Assembly (NCBI GenBank): GCA_016187395.1
Contig: JACPJV010000039.1
Coordinates: 5,663 to 69,662, forward strand
Reading direction: 5' to 3'
DNA: 64,000 nucleotides
Source of the DNA: Candidatus Aenigmatarchaeota archaeon
GTDB lineage: Archaea > Aenigmatarchaeota > Aenigmatarchaeia > GW2011-AR5 > JACRAC01
Shown here: in pieces, positions 48,134 through 59,800 of the stretch
How the letters are laid out: each line of letters opens with the position of its first letter
Numbering within the stretch: position 1 is the first letter of the stretch
Notes under the pieces: model-generated
What the model was told of the DNA's origin: nothing
The model's input: the letters and a program-made list of their open reading frames with translations, nothing else
Databases searched by the model: none
Position numbers and translations under genes: made by a program

Positions 48134-49753
48134 ATGAAAAGGGGCGGCGCATCCCGAAAGAGAAGGAAGAAGACTGTTGAACGCAAAACACTCAGCAGCC
48201 AGCTGAAAAAATACGTTCTTACTTACGTAGCTCCGGCGCCTGCTGCAAAGCCGAGAAAGAAGAAGGCAAAGCCTCTGCGCAAAAGGAAGCCTCGTGCAAC
48301 GGCCAGGAAGATACAGAAAATTCACAAAACGGCAGCTATAAAACGCAGAAAAGCAAGCGGGAGACATAAAAAGGTGAAGACTGAATACAGAAAAGCCGGT
48401 GTGAAACACAAAAAAATGAGGGTGAAAAATAAAAGGGCAGGCATAAAACACAAAAAAGTCAAAACGAAATACAAAAGTGTGGCAATAAGGCGCAAAAAGC
48501 GTAAAACAAGAATAAAAACAAAACAGCGGCGGGCTGGAAAGCCTAGAAAGATGAGAAAGAAGAGAGAGAGAAAATCAGAGATTCTTAGAAAGGCTAAACT
48601 AAAGAGACTGGAATATATTAAAAAGGCCGGGATCAAGCGGATTGAGATGCTTAAAAGGAAAAGGCAAAAAAAACTTGAAAGTATGAAAAGGGCAAGGATT
48701 AAAAAATTCAAAAGGGCGAAGGAAGAAAGAGAAAGACGGGAAAAACTGATAAAACTGGAAAAGATAAGAAAAGCAAAGCACATAAAAGATCTGAGAAAGG
48801 CAAGAAAAATTCAATCCGCAAGAACTGCAAGAAAGGCAAAAAAGATAAATGCCTTAAAAGCCATGAAGAACAGGCATGCGGCAAAGAAAAGGGAAACAGT
48901 TGCTGCAAAGATGGCGGCAGAAATCAAGAATGCCATGACTGCAAAGGCGAAGAAAGCTGCAAAGAAACCGGAGGCGCAGACAAAGGGAAAAGAAGAGGTC
49001 TCTTATTTCAAGACAGACATACCCGGCTTTGATTCACTGCTGAAAAGCGGCATACCTTCTGCCAGTTCTGTGCTGATAGAAGGCGGACCTGGCTCAGGAA
49101 AAACAATATTCTGCCTCCAGACTGCGTACAATGCGTGCAGGCAGGGAAAGAAGGTCCTTTACATGAGCTTTGAGGAGCCTGAACAAAGGCTGCGAAGGCA
49201 CATGAAGAATTTTGGCTGGGACACCACGCCTTATGAAAAGAAAGGCACCTTTATGATAAAGCGCTTTGACGCGCTTGACATCGCAAGAAGCGTTGAGGCG
49301 CTTCTGAGCGAGGCGAAGAAGGAACTGCTTATAGATGTGCAGCCAATACTCATCCCCGCCAAGTTCAAGCCTGATGTTGTTCTTGTCGACTCACTCACTT
49401 CTATAGCATCTGCCTTTTCAGGCGAAGAAAGCCGCTTCCGCATATACATGGAGCAGCTCTTTCGCTATCTCGAGTATTCAAAGATAACCTCGTTTCTCAT
49501 CCGCGAGGTCTCCAATCCCACGCACATAGGCAAGAACTTTGTTGAGAAGTATGAGGCAGTAAGCTTCCTCTCTGACGGAATTATAATATTGTACAGTGTA
49601 GCGTATCCCAACGGAACAAGAGGCTCTGCTGTAGAGGTTCTGAAGATGCGGGGCTCCAGTATAAATAAAAAGATCGTGCGCATGGACATAACAGGCCGCG
49701 GCCTTGTCGTCCATCCTGATGTCCTTATCAAGGGAAATATCGAGTTCACATAG
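48134..49753 (+). CDS. KaiC/RAD55-family RecA-fold ATPase with a long Lys/Arg-rich N-terminal extension
   Basis: TDIPGFD, GGPGSGKT, SFEE, VDSL, SDGII, VLKMRG; first about 285 aa dominated by K/R. Confidence 0.88.
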   Translation: MKRGGASRKRRKKTVERKTLSSQLKKYVLTYVAPAPAAKPRKKKAKPLRKRKPRATARKIQKIHKTAAIKRRKASGRHKKVKTEYRKAGVKHKKMRVKNKRAGIKHKKVKTKYKSVAIRRKKRKTRIKTKQRRAGKPRKMRKKRERKSEILRKAKLKRLEYIKKAGIKRIEMLKRKRQKKLESMKRARIKKFKRAKEERERREKLIKLEKIRKAKHIKDLRKARKIQSARTARKAKKINALKAMKNRHAAKKRETVAAKMAAEIKNAMTAKAKKAAKKPEAQTKGKEEVSYFKTDIPGFDSLLKSGIPSASSVLIEGGPGSGKTIFCLQTAYNACRQGKKVLYMSFEEPEQRLRRHMKNFGWDTTPYEKKGTFMIKRFDALDIARSVEALLSEAKKELLIDVQPILIPAKFKPDVVLVDSLTSIASAFSGEESRFRIYMEQLFRYLEYSKITSFLIREVSNPTHIGKNFVEKYEAVSFLSDGIIILYSVAYPNGTRGSAVEVLKMRGSSINKKIVRMDITGRGLVVHPDVLIKGNIEFT

Positions 49754-49855
49754 AATCAGGGTGAATCAAGCAAAGAATCACCACGTGGTTTACTTGTGCT
49801 CAAGCAAGCAAAGCCTGTTTGGCATTTTTCTTGTTTTGCTGCAAAAGGTGAAAGC

Positions 49856-50851
49856 ATGAACGCCAGGATGGTCTTATTGCTGTCAGTTATTCTTCTTTCT
49901 GCCGGAGCTTATGCGCTTTCCGAAGACGCGAAAAAAGCTTCTATAGCAGTGGAAGATGCCTCGGCAGCTGTTCAGGAGATGATAGACGAAGGAATCAGCA
50001 CGCAGCGCGTTGAGGACATACTTTCAGAAGCCCGGATAATCCTGGAGGTCCAGACGCAGCAGGAAGGGAACGGAAGCTCTCCGGACTTTTCCGGCATCAT
50101 CAAAAAAACGCAGGAAATAATCTCCATCAAGGACCATGCATTCAAAACTGATGACGAATTAAAAGCCCTGCATCTTTCAATAGAAGAAAGCAGGACACGG
50201 ATAGATGTATCGGGAGCCGAAAGGCTTTTTGAAGAGGCTTCCACGGAATTCAGGGATGAGCGCTACGACAGGGCAGACCAGCTTATAGAAGCCTCTTATT
50301 CAAAGCTGTTCGAGCTGGAGGCGAGGAGCACGACAGCCGCTGCTCTCTACGATGCCGCAACTGCGACTGTCGGCAATTTCTTCAGCACTTTCTGGAAAGA
50401 GATACTCGTCCTCATAGCAATCCTGTCCATGCTGTTCCTTGTCTCTTACAAGCAAATTTCTATTTACAGGCTCAGGAGAAAAATGATGAAACTGGAGCTT
50501 GAAAAAGCCTCGTTGGAGAAGCTTATACAAAGAACCCAGAGGGATTATTTTGAGAAGGGAAATCTCCCTGAAAGCACGTATACGATAAGGATAAAAAAAT
50601 TCGGCGACCTTATACGCGACATAAACCGCCAGGTGCCGCTCCTCAAAGAGCAGATTGAGCACAAGAAGGGAAAACGTCCGGGAAAGCTGATATACGAAAA
50701 GCGCCTCAGGTTTGACTATGCGACGTCATCACCGAGGCGCGTGAAAACCAGGACATCAGACAGGCATAGTATTTTGCAGGATGCAAAATCTGCAGTTTCT
50801 TCGCTCGTCTCTCACAGCCGCAGAAGAAACGAACGTCATGGCAGGGAGTGA
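49856..50851 (+). CDS. Exported single-TM helical protein resembling the anchor region of the convergent giant protein
   Basis: Signal peptide, helical ectodomain, TM, then QRDYFEKGNLPESTYTIRIKKF, similar to QRKYVELRIVETRVYENRMHSF. Confidence 0.82.
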   Translation: MNARMVLLLSVILLSAGAYALSEDAKKASIAVEDASAAVQEMIDEGISTQRVEDILSEARIILEVQTQQEGNGSSPDFSGIIKKTQEIISIKDHAFKTDDELKALHLSIEESRTRIDVSGAERLFEEASTEFRDERYDRADQLIEASYSKLFELEARSTTAAALYDAATATVGNFFSTFWKEILVLIAILSMLFLVSYKQISIYRLRRKMMKLELEKASLEKLIQRTQRDYFEKGNLPESTYTIRIKKFGDLIRDINRQVPLLKEQIEHKKGKRPGKLIYEKRLRFDYATSSPRRVKTRTSDRHSILQDAKSAVSSLVSHSRRRNERHGRE

Positions 50852-53800
50852 TTTGTGGAATTGTCTGGTGAATAAGGAAAAAAGAAATACGGAGGCTTGT
50901 CAATATATTCGTCATCTGTTTCATCGGCGCATCCGAGGTCTTTCGGATAATCTGTCTTTCCGTCGCGGTCGTTGTCCACGCCGTCAGAGCATTGAGGAGC
51001 CTTGTGCAGAAAATTGGAGGCTTCATGCAGGACAGACCCGGCGATTCCCGGATTATTCAGCAAAACCATTCCCGCGACTCCTATTATGATGGCGAAAACG
51101 ACGACATAAGTCAGCGCAGGCGGCGGCACTTTCTTCACCCCTGCCTCCTTCGCCATCTCCGGGAGGAACTTAAATTTCTTCTTCAGCGCCCTTTCTGCAT
51201 CCGCCAGCGCTATCTGTTCCTCGATTTCGCTGATTCTTGATGCGAATGAGTGCATGCGGTTCTCATACACGCGGGTCTCTACGATCCTGAGTTCAACGTA
51301 CTTTCGCTGGAGGTCCTGCACCATCCTGAGCAGGTTCTCGCGCTCCTGCAGCAGCGTGATGCGCCTTGACGTGAAATGCAGGACGTTCTTTTTCATGGTC
51401 TCCAGTTCGATAGACCTCTGAACAACCTTGCTCAGGCGGTCTTCGTACTGCTCGAGCGCGGTCTTGTACTCGTCGATGCTCATCTTCTTCTTCCTGAACG
51501 CATCCACCTGGAGCTCCTTTATCATGCCAAGCAGAATCCCCTGCTCTTTTTTCAGTCCTCTCAGCGATTTCCTGATGACAAACAGCCGTATTTGCACGAA
51601 CAGGATTATTCCTGCGACGATTAACGCTACTGCCATGGCGCCGACATAAAGCCAGTTCTCCCCGAGATAGAATCCCAGATTGAACGCCCCTTTTGTCTCC
51701 AGCGCATACGTGAGATGGCCCTCTTTGGCTCTCTCGACGGCAAGCTGGAAATTCTCGCGTTCTGCAGATGCCTTTGCAAGATTGAGCAGGCGGGAGCTCT
51801 GCCTGATATCGAAACTGCGCTCCCTGGCGTATTCGACATTAATCTCCAGCGAGCCTATGGCAGCAGCCAATTCCTGTGACTGACCCTTCAGCTGAAGCAT
51901 CTGCTCTATCGCTTCCCGGGCTGCGTTGTAGTCTCTGTCCTCGATGCTGGCCCGTATCCTGGCTGCAAGGCTTTCTGCTGTGCGCGTTCCCAGTCCCATG
52001 CTTCGCATATACTCTGGAACAGCGAGCGACTCGTTGAGCCTGCCCAGAACCTCCCCAGGAGGCACGTCGAACACGACCAGCGTTACTGTCCTTTTGTCAA
52101 CAAGCTTCGTATATTTTATCACTTCTGCTGTTTCGCTTATCTTCCTGCTCTGGTTGATTATACCCTCGATCGTGAATTCAAGCACGTGCTTTCCTGCCGT
52201 GAAATAGCGGGGGGTTTCGATCGTGATTTTTATAGGTATAGTCTGGCCCCGTTCTATTGTCCTTACGATTTCAGGCTCTATCTTTACATACCTGGAAAGA
52301 ACGCCTTCAACGCTGATGCGCACGTTTTCAAGCCTGCCGTCAAACGGGTTTCCGAAGCTGAGCTGGAACGCGGTGTCCATTCCGCGCACAAGTTCGAACT
52401 TCTCAGCGGTTTTGAGCAGCTTTTCTTTCTCTTCAGGCGTAAGACCTCCTGCTGCGGCAGGCGCAGCGCCTCCGCCGCCACCGCTGCTGACAGTTGTTGT
52501 CGTGGTTGTTGTAACTGTGGTGGTTGTGTTGGCGCTCAGTGCGCTTACAACAACGCTCTTGCTGTCTGTGCCGGTCTTGTTCTCGGCAGAGCCTGCGAAT
52601 GCTGTTATTGTTTTCGTGCCAGTGTCTGCAGTGCTTGCTATGCTGACTACGACGCGGTTGGACGTAATGGCATTGACAGAAAGATTTCCGATGCTCCTGT
52701 TCTGCGAGCCGTTGCTCACTGACCAGCCGCTGGGCAGCCGCCACTCAAGCCACGCGCTTGTTGCTGATTCGTTGCCGCGGTTCTGGACTGTTGCGTTGAG
52801 CACGATGCCGGTGTCATTCTGAGTCACAGAGATGTTGTATTCTGCTATTGCCACGGACATGAACGGCCCGCCTGCGATGCTTGTGATTGTAGCATTGCTC
52901 GTTGCAGACGAGGGCGTAGCGCTGCTGTTCAGCGCGTCTATTGTTATGACGAGCGAGTCGCTGCGCTCGCTTGTCTTTGCCGTGACTGTAATATTAAACG
53001 TGGAGTTCACTCCGGGCGCGAGCGTGAACGAATAGCCATCTGTGCCTTCAGCTGTGCCGTTGTAGAATATTTCGTTCTTGTCCTCCCAGTCCGAAGTGAC
53101 TTTAAAATCCAGGCTCAGGTCGCCTGTGTTGTTCACTGTTACATTTCCCAAGCTGCCGTTCGTATTGAGCACCACCTGCAGCGTGCCAAAGCTCTCTGGC
53201 CCGGAAACCCATGTCGTATCCAGGCTTATGGTAAGGTTTGTGGTTGCAGATGTCGCGTTATTGCCTAAAGTATCATTGGCGAAGACGCGATACTGCCACG
53301 TGCTTTCGTTTGCCGGCGTAAACGAGGCGTTCCAGAGGTTTGTATAGGGAAGGCCTGTGCTGTTGGTCATGGTGACAAGCGTAAATGCACTTGCATTCAC
53401 TTCCTTGTATTCGAGGCGGACCAATGAAATGTTTGTAAATTCAGAAATATTCGCAGTAACTGCAATTGCACGATTGGGATCCAGTTCTGCACTCACATTG
53501 GGCGTGTTGTTGACTGCGTTGAATGACGGCGCTGAAACGTCTGTGACGTTGAATCTTATTGTGGTGCTGTTGCTCAGGCCTGCCACGTCAGTTACTGTGA
53601 TTATGCACGAGCCGCCTCCTGCCTCGAGCGTGGAGGCGTTTATTGTGGCATTCACCCTTGTGGAGTTCTGCCCGATAAGGCTCTGCGTGAGCAGGGCGTT
53701 GTAATTTGTCGCATTCACTGTAATCGTGGCTGTGTCGAGCTCTATGTTGTCAGTCCAGAAGCTGTTGCACGTGACTGCAGCGCTGTCATTAGGCGACGCA

Positions 53801-56800
53801 GGCGAGAAGGAGCTCTCGTTGAATACCGGGTTCAGGTTGTCGTTCGTCTGGTTCACGCCGAAACCTGTCATCAGCGCATTTGAAAGCTGGGTGTATGTTT
53901 CATTAAGGACTGTAAAGTCTCCATGGCCGTTCCAGATTACGCGCGCATTGCGCGACCAGAAGTAATCCGTGATACCTACCGACACCGATGAGGCAGTTTT
54001 TCTGATGTAGTTTTCATTGTCGCTGTTGTCAGATATATCAACAGAAGGTGTGCCGCTTATGCTCTGCGACCTGTTTAAGAATACCTCTCCTACAGCATTC
54101 GCAGTGGAATTGCTGTAGAAGCCGGCGAAAAGAATGCCGTTCTGGCTCAGGTAATCAGTCCCGTCGCCGCTGCCAACTGTATTTGTAAATATGCCGCTTG
54201 AGTTGCGCCATACGACGTTGTTGAAAAAGCCGTCCTGACCGAAGATTTTTGTGTCAAAGTATGATACCCAGCTTGACGACTCGCGCGAGCTTGTATTTAT
54301 CTCAAGCATGAAGTAAGGCGCCTGCACGAAGAATGCATAGGTGATGTTATAATCTATTGAGCACGTTCCCATCGTGCCTTTCACGCGGTAGCGCACCATG
54401 ACAGGGCCGTTGTCTATAGTAACAGTTGGAGCAGTATCCTGCGCTGCGCCGCACGTTCCCGCAGCTTTCTCCACCTGCGGCGTAATCTGCATCGGGTTGT
54501 TGCCGCGCAGGTCGCTGCTGTTGCCGAGCTTGCTGAAGGCTGACTGCATCACGCCGCCCGCAGAGTTGTTCAGCGTGACGTTATAGCCAAGGGCGCTTAT
54601 TGTGTAATACGTACTGACGTTCGTGATGCTCATGTTTGGACTGTAGTAATTTCCTGAGCCGCGGTCGCTGCGGGCGTAATGAATAAAGTATGTTCTGTTT
54701 TCATTTTTGCCAAGGCTGTCCACGAACACGAGGCGCGAATGGTTGACGCGGTCGCCTCCCTGATAGAGGTCGTATATTTGCACAGGTATCTCAAGGTCGT
54801 GAGTGCCATTGAAGATTGTCAGGCGCACGGAGTTGTTGTGCGTGCCGTAGGTGTAATTTACCAAAACATCGACAAAATCCCAGTAGCGTTCTGTTGTATT
54901 AGGTTCGCGCACATTCAGCTCCAGGCGGAAGGGGAATGAGCTGCCGTCAGCGTCAGTAAAGTTGCTCTGCCAGAGGCGGCCGACGTAGAACACCTGGCTG
55001 CGCTCTGTCGTGCCTATGGTCACGTTCCACCAGCCGTATGTGCCATTAATGACGTAGGTGTAGAAGAACTCTGCGGCTGAGTCGTTTGACATCGCTGCTG
55101 CTGATGCTTTCACAGAACCACTGGAATCCTTGATAGTGATTCGCGGCGCGATTTTTCCTGTATAGTCACCGAGCGCCAGTATCTTGACTCTGCTGCTGTT
55201 TGCGAAATAGCTGTTGCTGACGTTGCTGTCGTTGACGTAGGTCTTGATGCTGTAGAGATTCGGGTAAATGCCTGTGACGTTTCTTTTTGCGGACTGCACG
55301 CTGTTGCCTGCCGAATCATTAGCCCAGAAGCTGTAGTTGTGCGTGCCGAATGTGAGGCTCTTGGTCACGTTGCTGTATGCGCTTATGCCTGTTCCATTCT
55401 TTGGCGCGCTCTCGTTAACGCCATTAAATTCCAGCAGCACGGCGTCTATGGGCAGCAGGCTGTCTGAAACCGTCACGTTCAGCACGATTGTTGCGTTGCT
55501 TGTGTTCGTGCCGTCCGCCGGAGTCGGGCTTGTGAAAGAAACAGTTGGCGCGGTTATGTCCACGGTGATGTTCCTCATTGCCGAATCCCTGTTGTTGCCT
55601 GCCGTGTCATTTGCCCAGAGCTTCACGCGATGCGTTCCTTCGCTCAGCGTTGTGGAATTATAACAGCTGCCTGTGTTTCCGCTCTTCGAAGACTGGGCGC
55701 TGCTGTTGCTGCCATCTATTTCAATGCGGCACGAGTCCAGAGGCAGCAGCGCATCCACGTAGCTTGCATTAAACGTCTGCGCCTGCGTCGAGGTATTCAA
55801 ACCTTCAGCAGGCGTTGGCGAAGCCAGCGTAACGTTGGGCGCGGTTGCGTCAACGGTTATATTCCGCAGTTCGCTCTGGTTCAGATTGCCAAGCGTGTCG
55901 TTGAACCAGAATTTGTAGACGTATGTTCCATCGGCAATGGAGGAATTGGTGAAGTTGGAGTAGATGCTAAGACCGCTGGCGTTCTTTGCCGTGCTGATGT
56001 TGGCTCTGTTCCACTCAAATAGCACAGAATCTATGTACAGGAAATTGTCTGTGATTGTCACGTTGAACGTATAGCCTGCCGTGCTTGTATTAATTCCGCT
56101 TGCAGGGGTTGGCGAGACGTAGGTGCCCTGCGGCGCTGTCGTGTCAATAGTGATAGTCGTGCTTGCATTCGCTGCATTGGCAGCGCGGTCCCTGCCTTCA
56201 ACGCGGATCGTATATGTTCCATCGGACTGGCTTGTCAGATTGTATCTTGTGATTGTGCTATTTGTTGTGTTGCCTTCGCCATTGAGCGTGCTATCCACGT
56301 ACACGCGGTACGCGAGGTCTGTGAATATGTTGTCGGTTATGTTGAATGTAACTTCAGGCGTGGTGTCTGTCGTATTCGTGCCTGCGGCAGGGCTTGTTAT
56401 TGTGGATGTCGGGTTTGTGTCGTCCACTGTAATGTTAATCGGAGTAGAGTTGGCGGAATTGCCTGCGCGGTCGCGGCCTTCGACACGGATTGCGAAGGTG
56501 CCATTGGATTGTGCAGTCAGATTGAACTTCGTGACTGTGTTGTTTGTGGTGTTGCCCTGGCCATTCAGGGCGGTATTGACATAAACACGGTACTCAATGC
56601 CGTTCGTGCCGGCGAAGACGTTGTCTGTGATGTTAAACGTGATTTCAGGCGTCGTATCTGATGTATTCGTGCCGTGCGCAGGGCTTGTTATTGTGGACGT
56701 GGGTACGGTATCGTCTACTGTTATGTTGATGGATGTTGTGTTGGCAGCATTCCCTGCGCGGTCTCTTCCCTCAACCCTTATGGCATAAGTGCCGTTGGCC

Positions 56801-59800
56801 TGCGCTGAAACGTTCGCCTTGGTAGCTGTGTTGTTCGTGGTATTGCCTTCTGCGCGGATGGTGCTATCAACATAAACGCGGAATTCTATGCCATTTGTGC
56901 CTGCGAACACATTATCAGTGAAGTTGAATGATACCTCAGGCGTTGTGTCTGATGTGTTCGTGCCTGCGGCAGGGCTTGTTATCTCGCCGGCAGGCGCTGC
57001 AGTGTCTATGGTAATCGTCGTGCTCGCGTTCCTGGAATTCCCGGCGCGGTCCCTTCCCTCCACGCGCACCGTGTATGTGCCATCTGCCTGGCTTGTCAGG
57101 TTGTACCTTGTGATTGTGCTGTTTGTGGTGTTGCCTTCGCCATTGAGCGTGCTGTCAGCATAGACGCGATAAGCGAGGTCTGTGAATATGTTGTCGGTTA
57201 TATTGAATGTTACTTCAGGCGTCGTGTCTGTCGTATTGGTTCCGTTTGCAGGGATTGTCATCGTGATGTTGGGCAATGTTGCGTCAATGGTTATACTCTG
57301 CAATCCGCTCTGGTTGACGTTGTTCAGCGTGTCGTTTGCAAAAAACTTGTAGACGTACGTGCCATCAGCAAGCGAGGATTTGGTGACATTTGAATACACG
57401 CTTATGCCGCTGCTGTTCTTTGGCGCGCTTTCATTCGCTCTGTTCCATTCAAACACAACAGCGTCAATATTTGTCGCTGCGTCTATAACAGTCACGTTGA
57501 ACGTGTACGCAGTCGTGCTGGTGTTCAAGCCTGAGGCAGGCGTGGGCGAGACAAAGGTTATGGCAGGCCCTGAAGTGTCAGGATTCAGAACCGTAAAGTT
57601 CCTTCTCGGCGTGTTGTTCACATTGTTCGCTGTGTCGTTGAACCAGAAGGTATAATTGTGCGTGGCTATTGAAAGGCCTGACGCTGTGAAGTTTGCATAC
57701 ACGCTTCTTCCTGTGCCGTTCGTGGAGGCGGTATAGTTCGTGCTGTCCAGCTCAAAGAGAACCACGTTAATGTTTGTGAGAGTGTCGTCTATCGTAGCGT
57801 TGAACGTCCATGTAGTGTTTGTTGAATTTTCGCCATTTGCAGGCGTGGGAAATACATAACTGCCTGATGGAAGGGCTGTATCAACAGTCATTGTGCGAAG
57901 CGCGGTTATGTTAAGGTTTCCTGCCTGGTCTATGGCGTAAACGGAATAATTATGAATCCCGTTCGACAAGCCTGTGAAATTCCTGTAAACCGTATTCTGC
58001 GTTTCCGCGCTCCTCATCGAGGCGTTGATTTCCTGTTCTGAAAGAGCGCGTGACCAGATTTTCACCTCGTCTAGGGTTGCATTTGCCACGTTAGTTCCGA
58101 CTTGTGCACCTCCAATTCCTACTGAACCTGTCGATACATTCAAGAGTCCGCCGAAAGCAACCGAAGCGTCTACCACACCATTAACATAAATCATCTTATT
58201 GGTGCCGTTCCATACGGCGGCTACATGATACCATTGATTGTTGTTTAGTGAAGATGAGGAAGACAAAGTTTGAAGAGATGTTTCATTTCTTGTTTGAAAT
58301 TGAACGGTTCCTGTGGAGGTCGCCACCACTCTGAAAGGATTGACAGTTGAACCTGTGTCTTTAGAGATGTATACATCATTCCCAACAGCAGAATATCTTA
58401 TAACCCAAAACTCTATTGTGAGCGCAGATAAAATATTGAATGATGAATGATTGCTGACAACTGCCCTACCTGTGTCTGAACTATCGTATTCGACAAATCT
58501 CAATCCTTTTCCATAATAACCGGTTGTCAGATTTCCTTCACTTGAAACTCCTCCAAATGAAGTCAGGTTGTTTCCATATGTTGAATTGTCGAATGTTCCA
58601 TTGCCGTATTCAAAAGACAAATACATGACCAGCAACCTGTTGAAATCAATGAACGCCGATGTGTTGTAGAGATTGTCCGAAACGCTGGCATTGATGAACG
58701 CCCACGTCTGCGTTGTGTTCGTGCCGTGTGCTGGGGTCTGGCCCTGGAAGGTTATTGCTGGCGGGATGTTGTCTACGATTATGCTGTTGTTTAGCGGAGT
58801 CGAATTTGTCAAGCCATCTTCTGCCCATGCTGTCACGGTTATGTTGTCGCCGGGCTTGTAGGATACACCCGGACCGCCAAATGCAGAGCTGTTTATGCGG
58901 TTGAATGTTGAATTGACTACAGTGCCGCTGGCAATGCCGGTGTAGTTCAGCTGGCAACAGAACACGCTGTTCACCGACCAGTTGAAGTAGACGCTCAGGC
59001 TGCTCGCCAAGTTATCGGTTGTCGTTGTGTTCGCAGTTATGTAGTCATTTGCATTCGTGATGTTGAACAACGGCTGGGTAACTGTAGGCGGTGTCGTATC
59101 CACGGTCACAGTCCTCAAAGGCGTTATGTTCAGGTTTCCTGCCTGGTCTATGGCGTACACGGAATAATTATGCCTGGCGTCAGAAAGCCCTGTGAAATTC
59201 GCAAACACGCTTCCCGTGCTGCCGTAGAAGCGGCTGTTCATGCTTGCATTTATTTCCTCTGCGCTCAGTGCCCTGCTCCAGATTCTCACTTCGTCAGAAG
59301 TCTGGTTTGAACCAGTATTAATGTTATCTCGTCCACCAAGAAAAACACGCCATTGGGACAAGTTGAGCAAGCCGCCCAAGGCTCTGCTGTTTTTTATGTT
59401 CCCGTCAAGATATACCAACATGGTCGTTCCGTTCCACGTTCCAGCTATATGATGCCATTTCCCATCGCCGTCTATCCCTGCGTTTGAAGAAAGGGACGTC
59501 GAGCCTGTCTGGTTTATTATGGTAAGTTGTATTTCATTTGTTCTATCCGAAGTCAACTCCCATGCCTGTCTTTTTCCAACTATATATTTTACAAGCGTTG
59601 TGTTCTCATGCATAATGACCCATGCTTCGAGCGTCAACCCTGTCTGGAAATAGAAAGGCGTGGCATTGGTCGCATTCAGGCCGCAGCTTGAGCACGAGCC
59701 GCTTATATTCACTATGAAGCCGTTTCCGTAATAGCCTGCGACGATGTTGTTTGCGCTTGCCTGCGTGGCGTATGTTGCTTTCAGCTTGTATGTGGAATTG

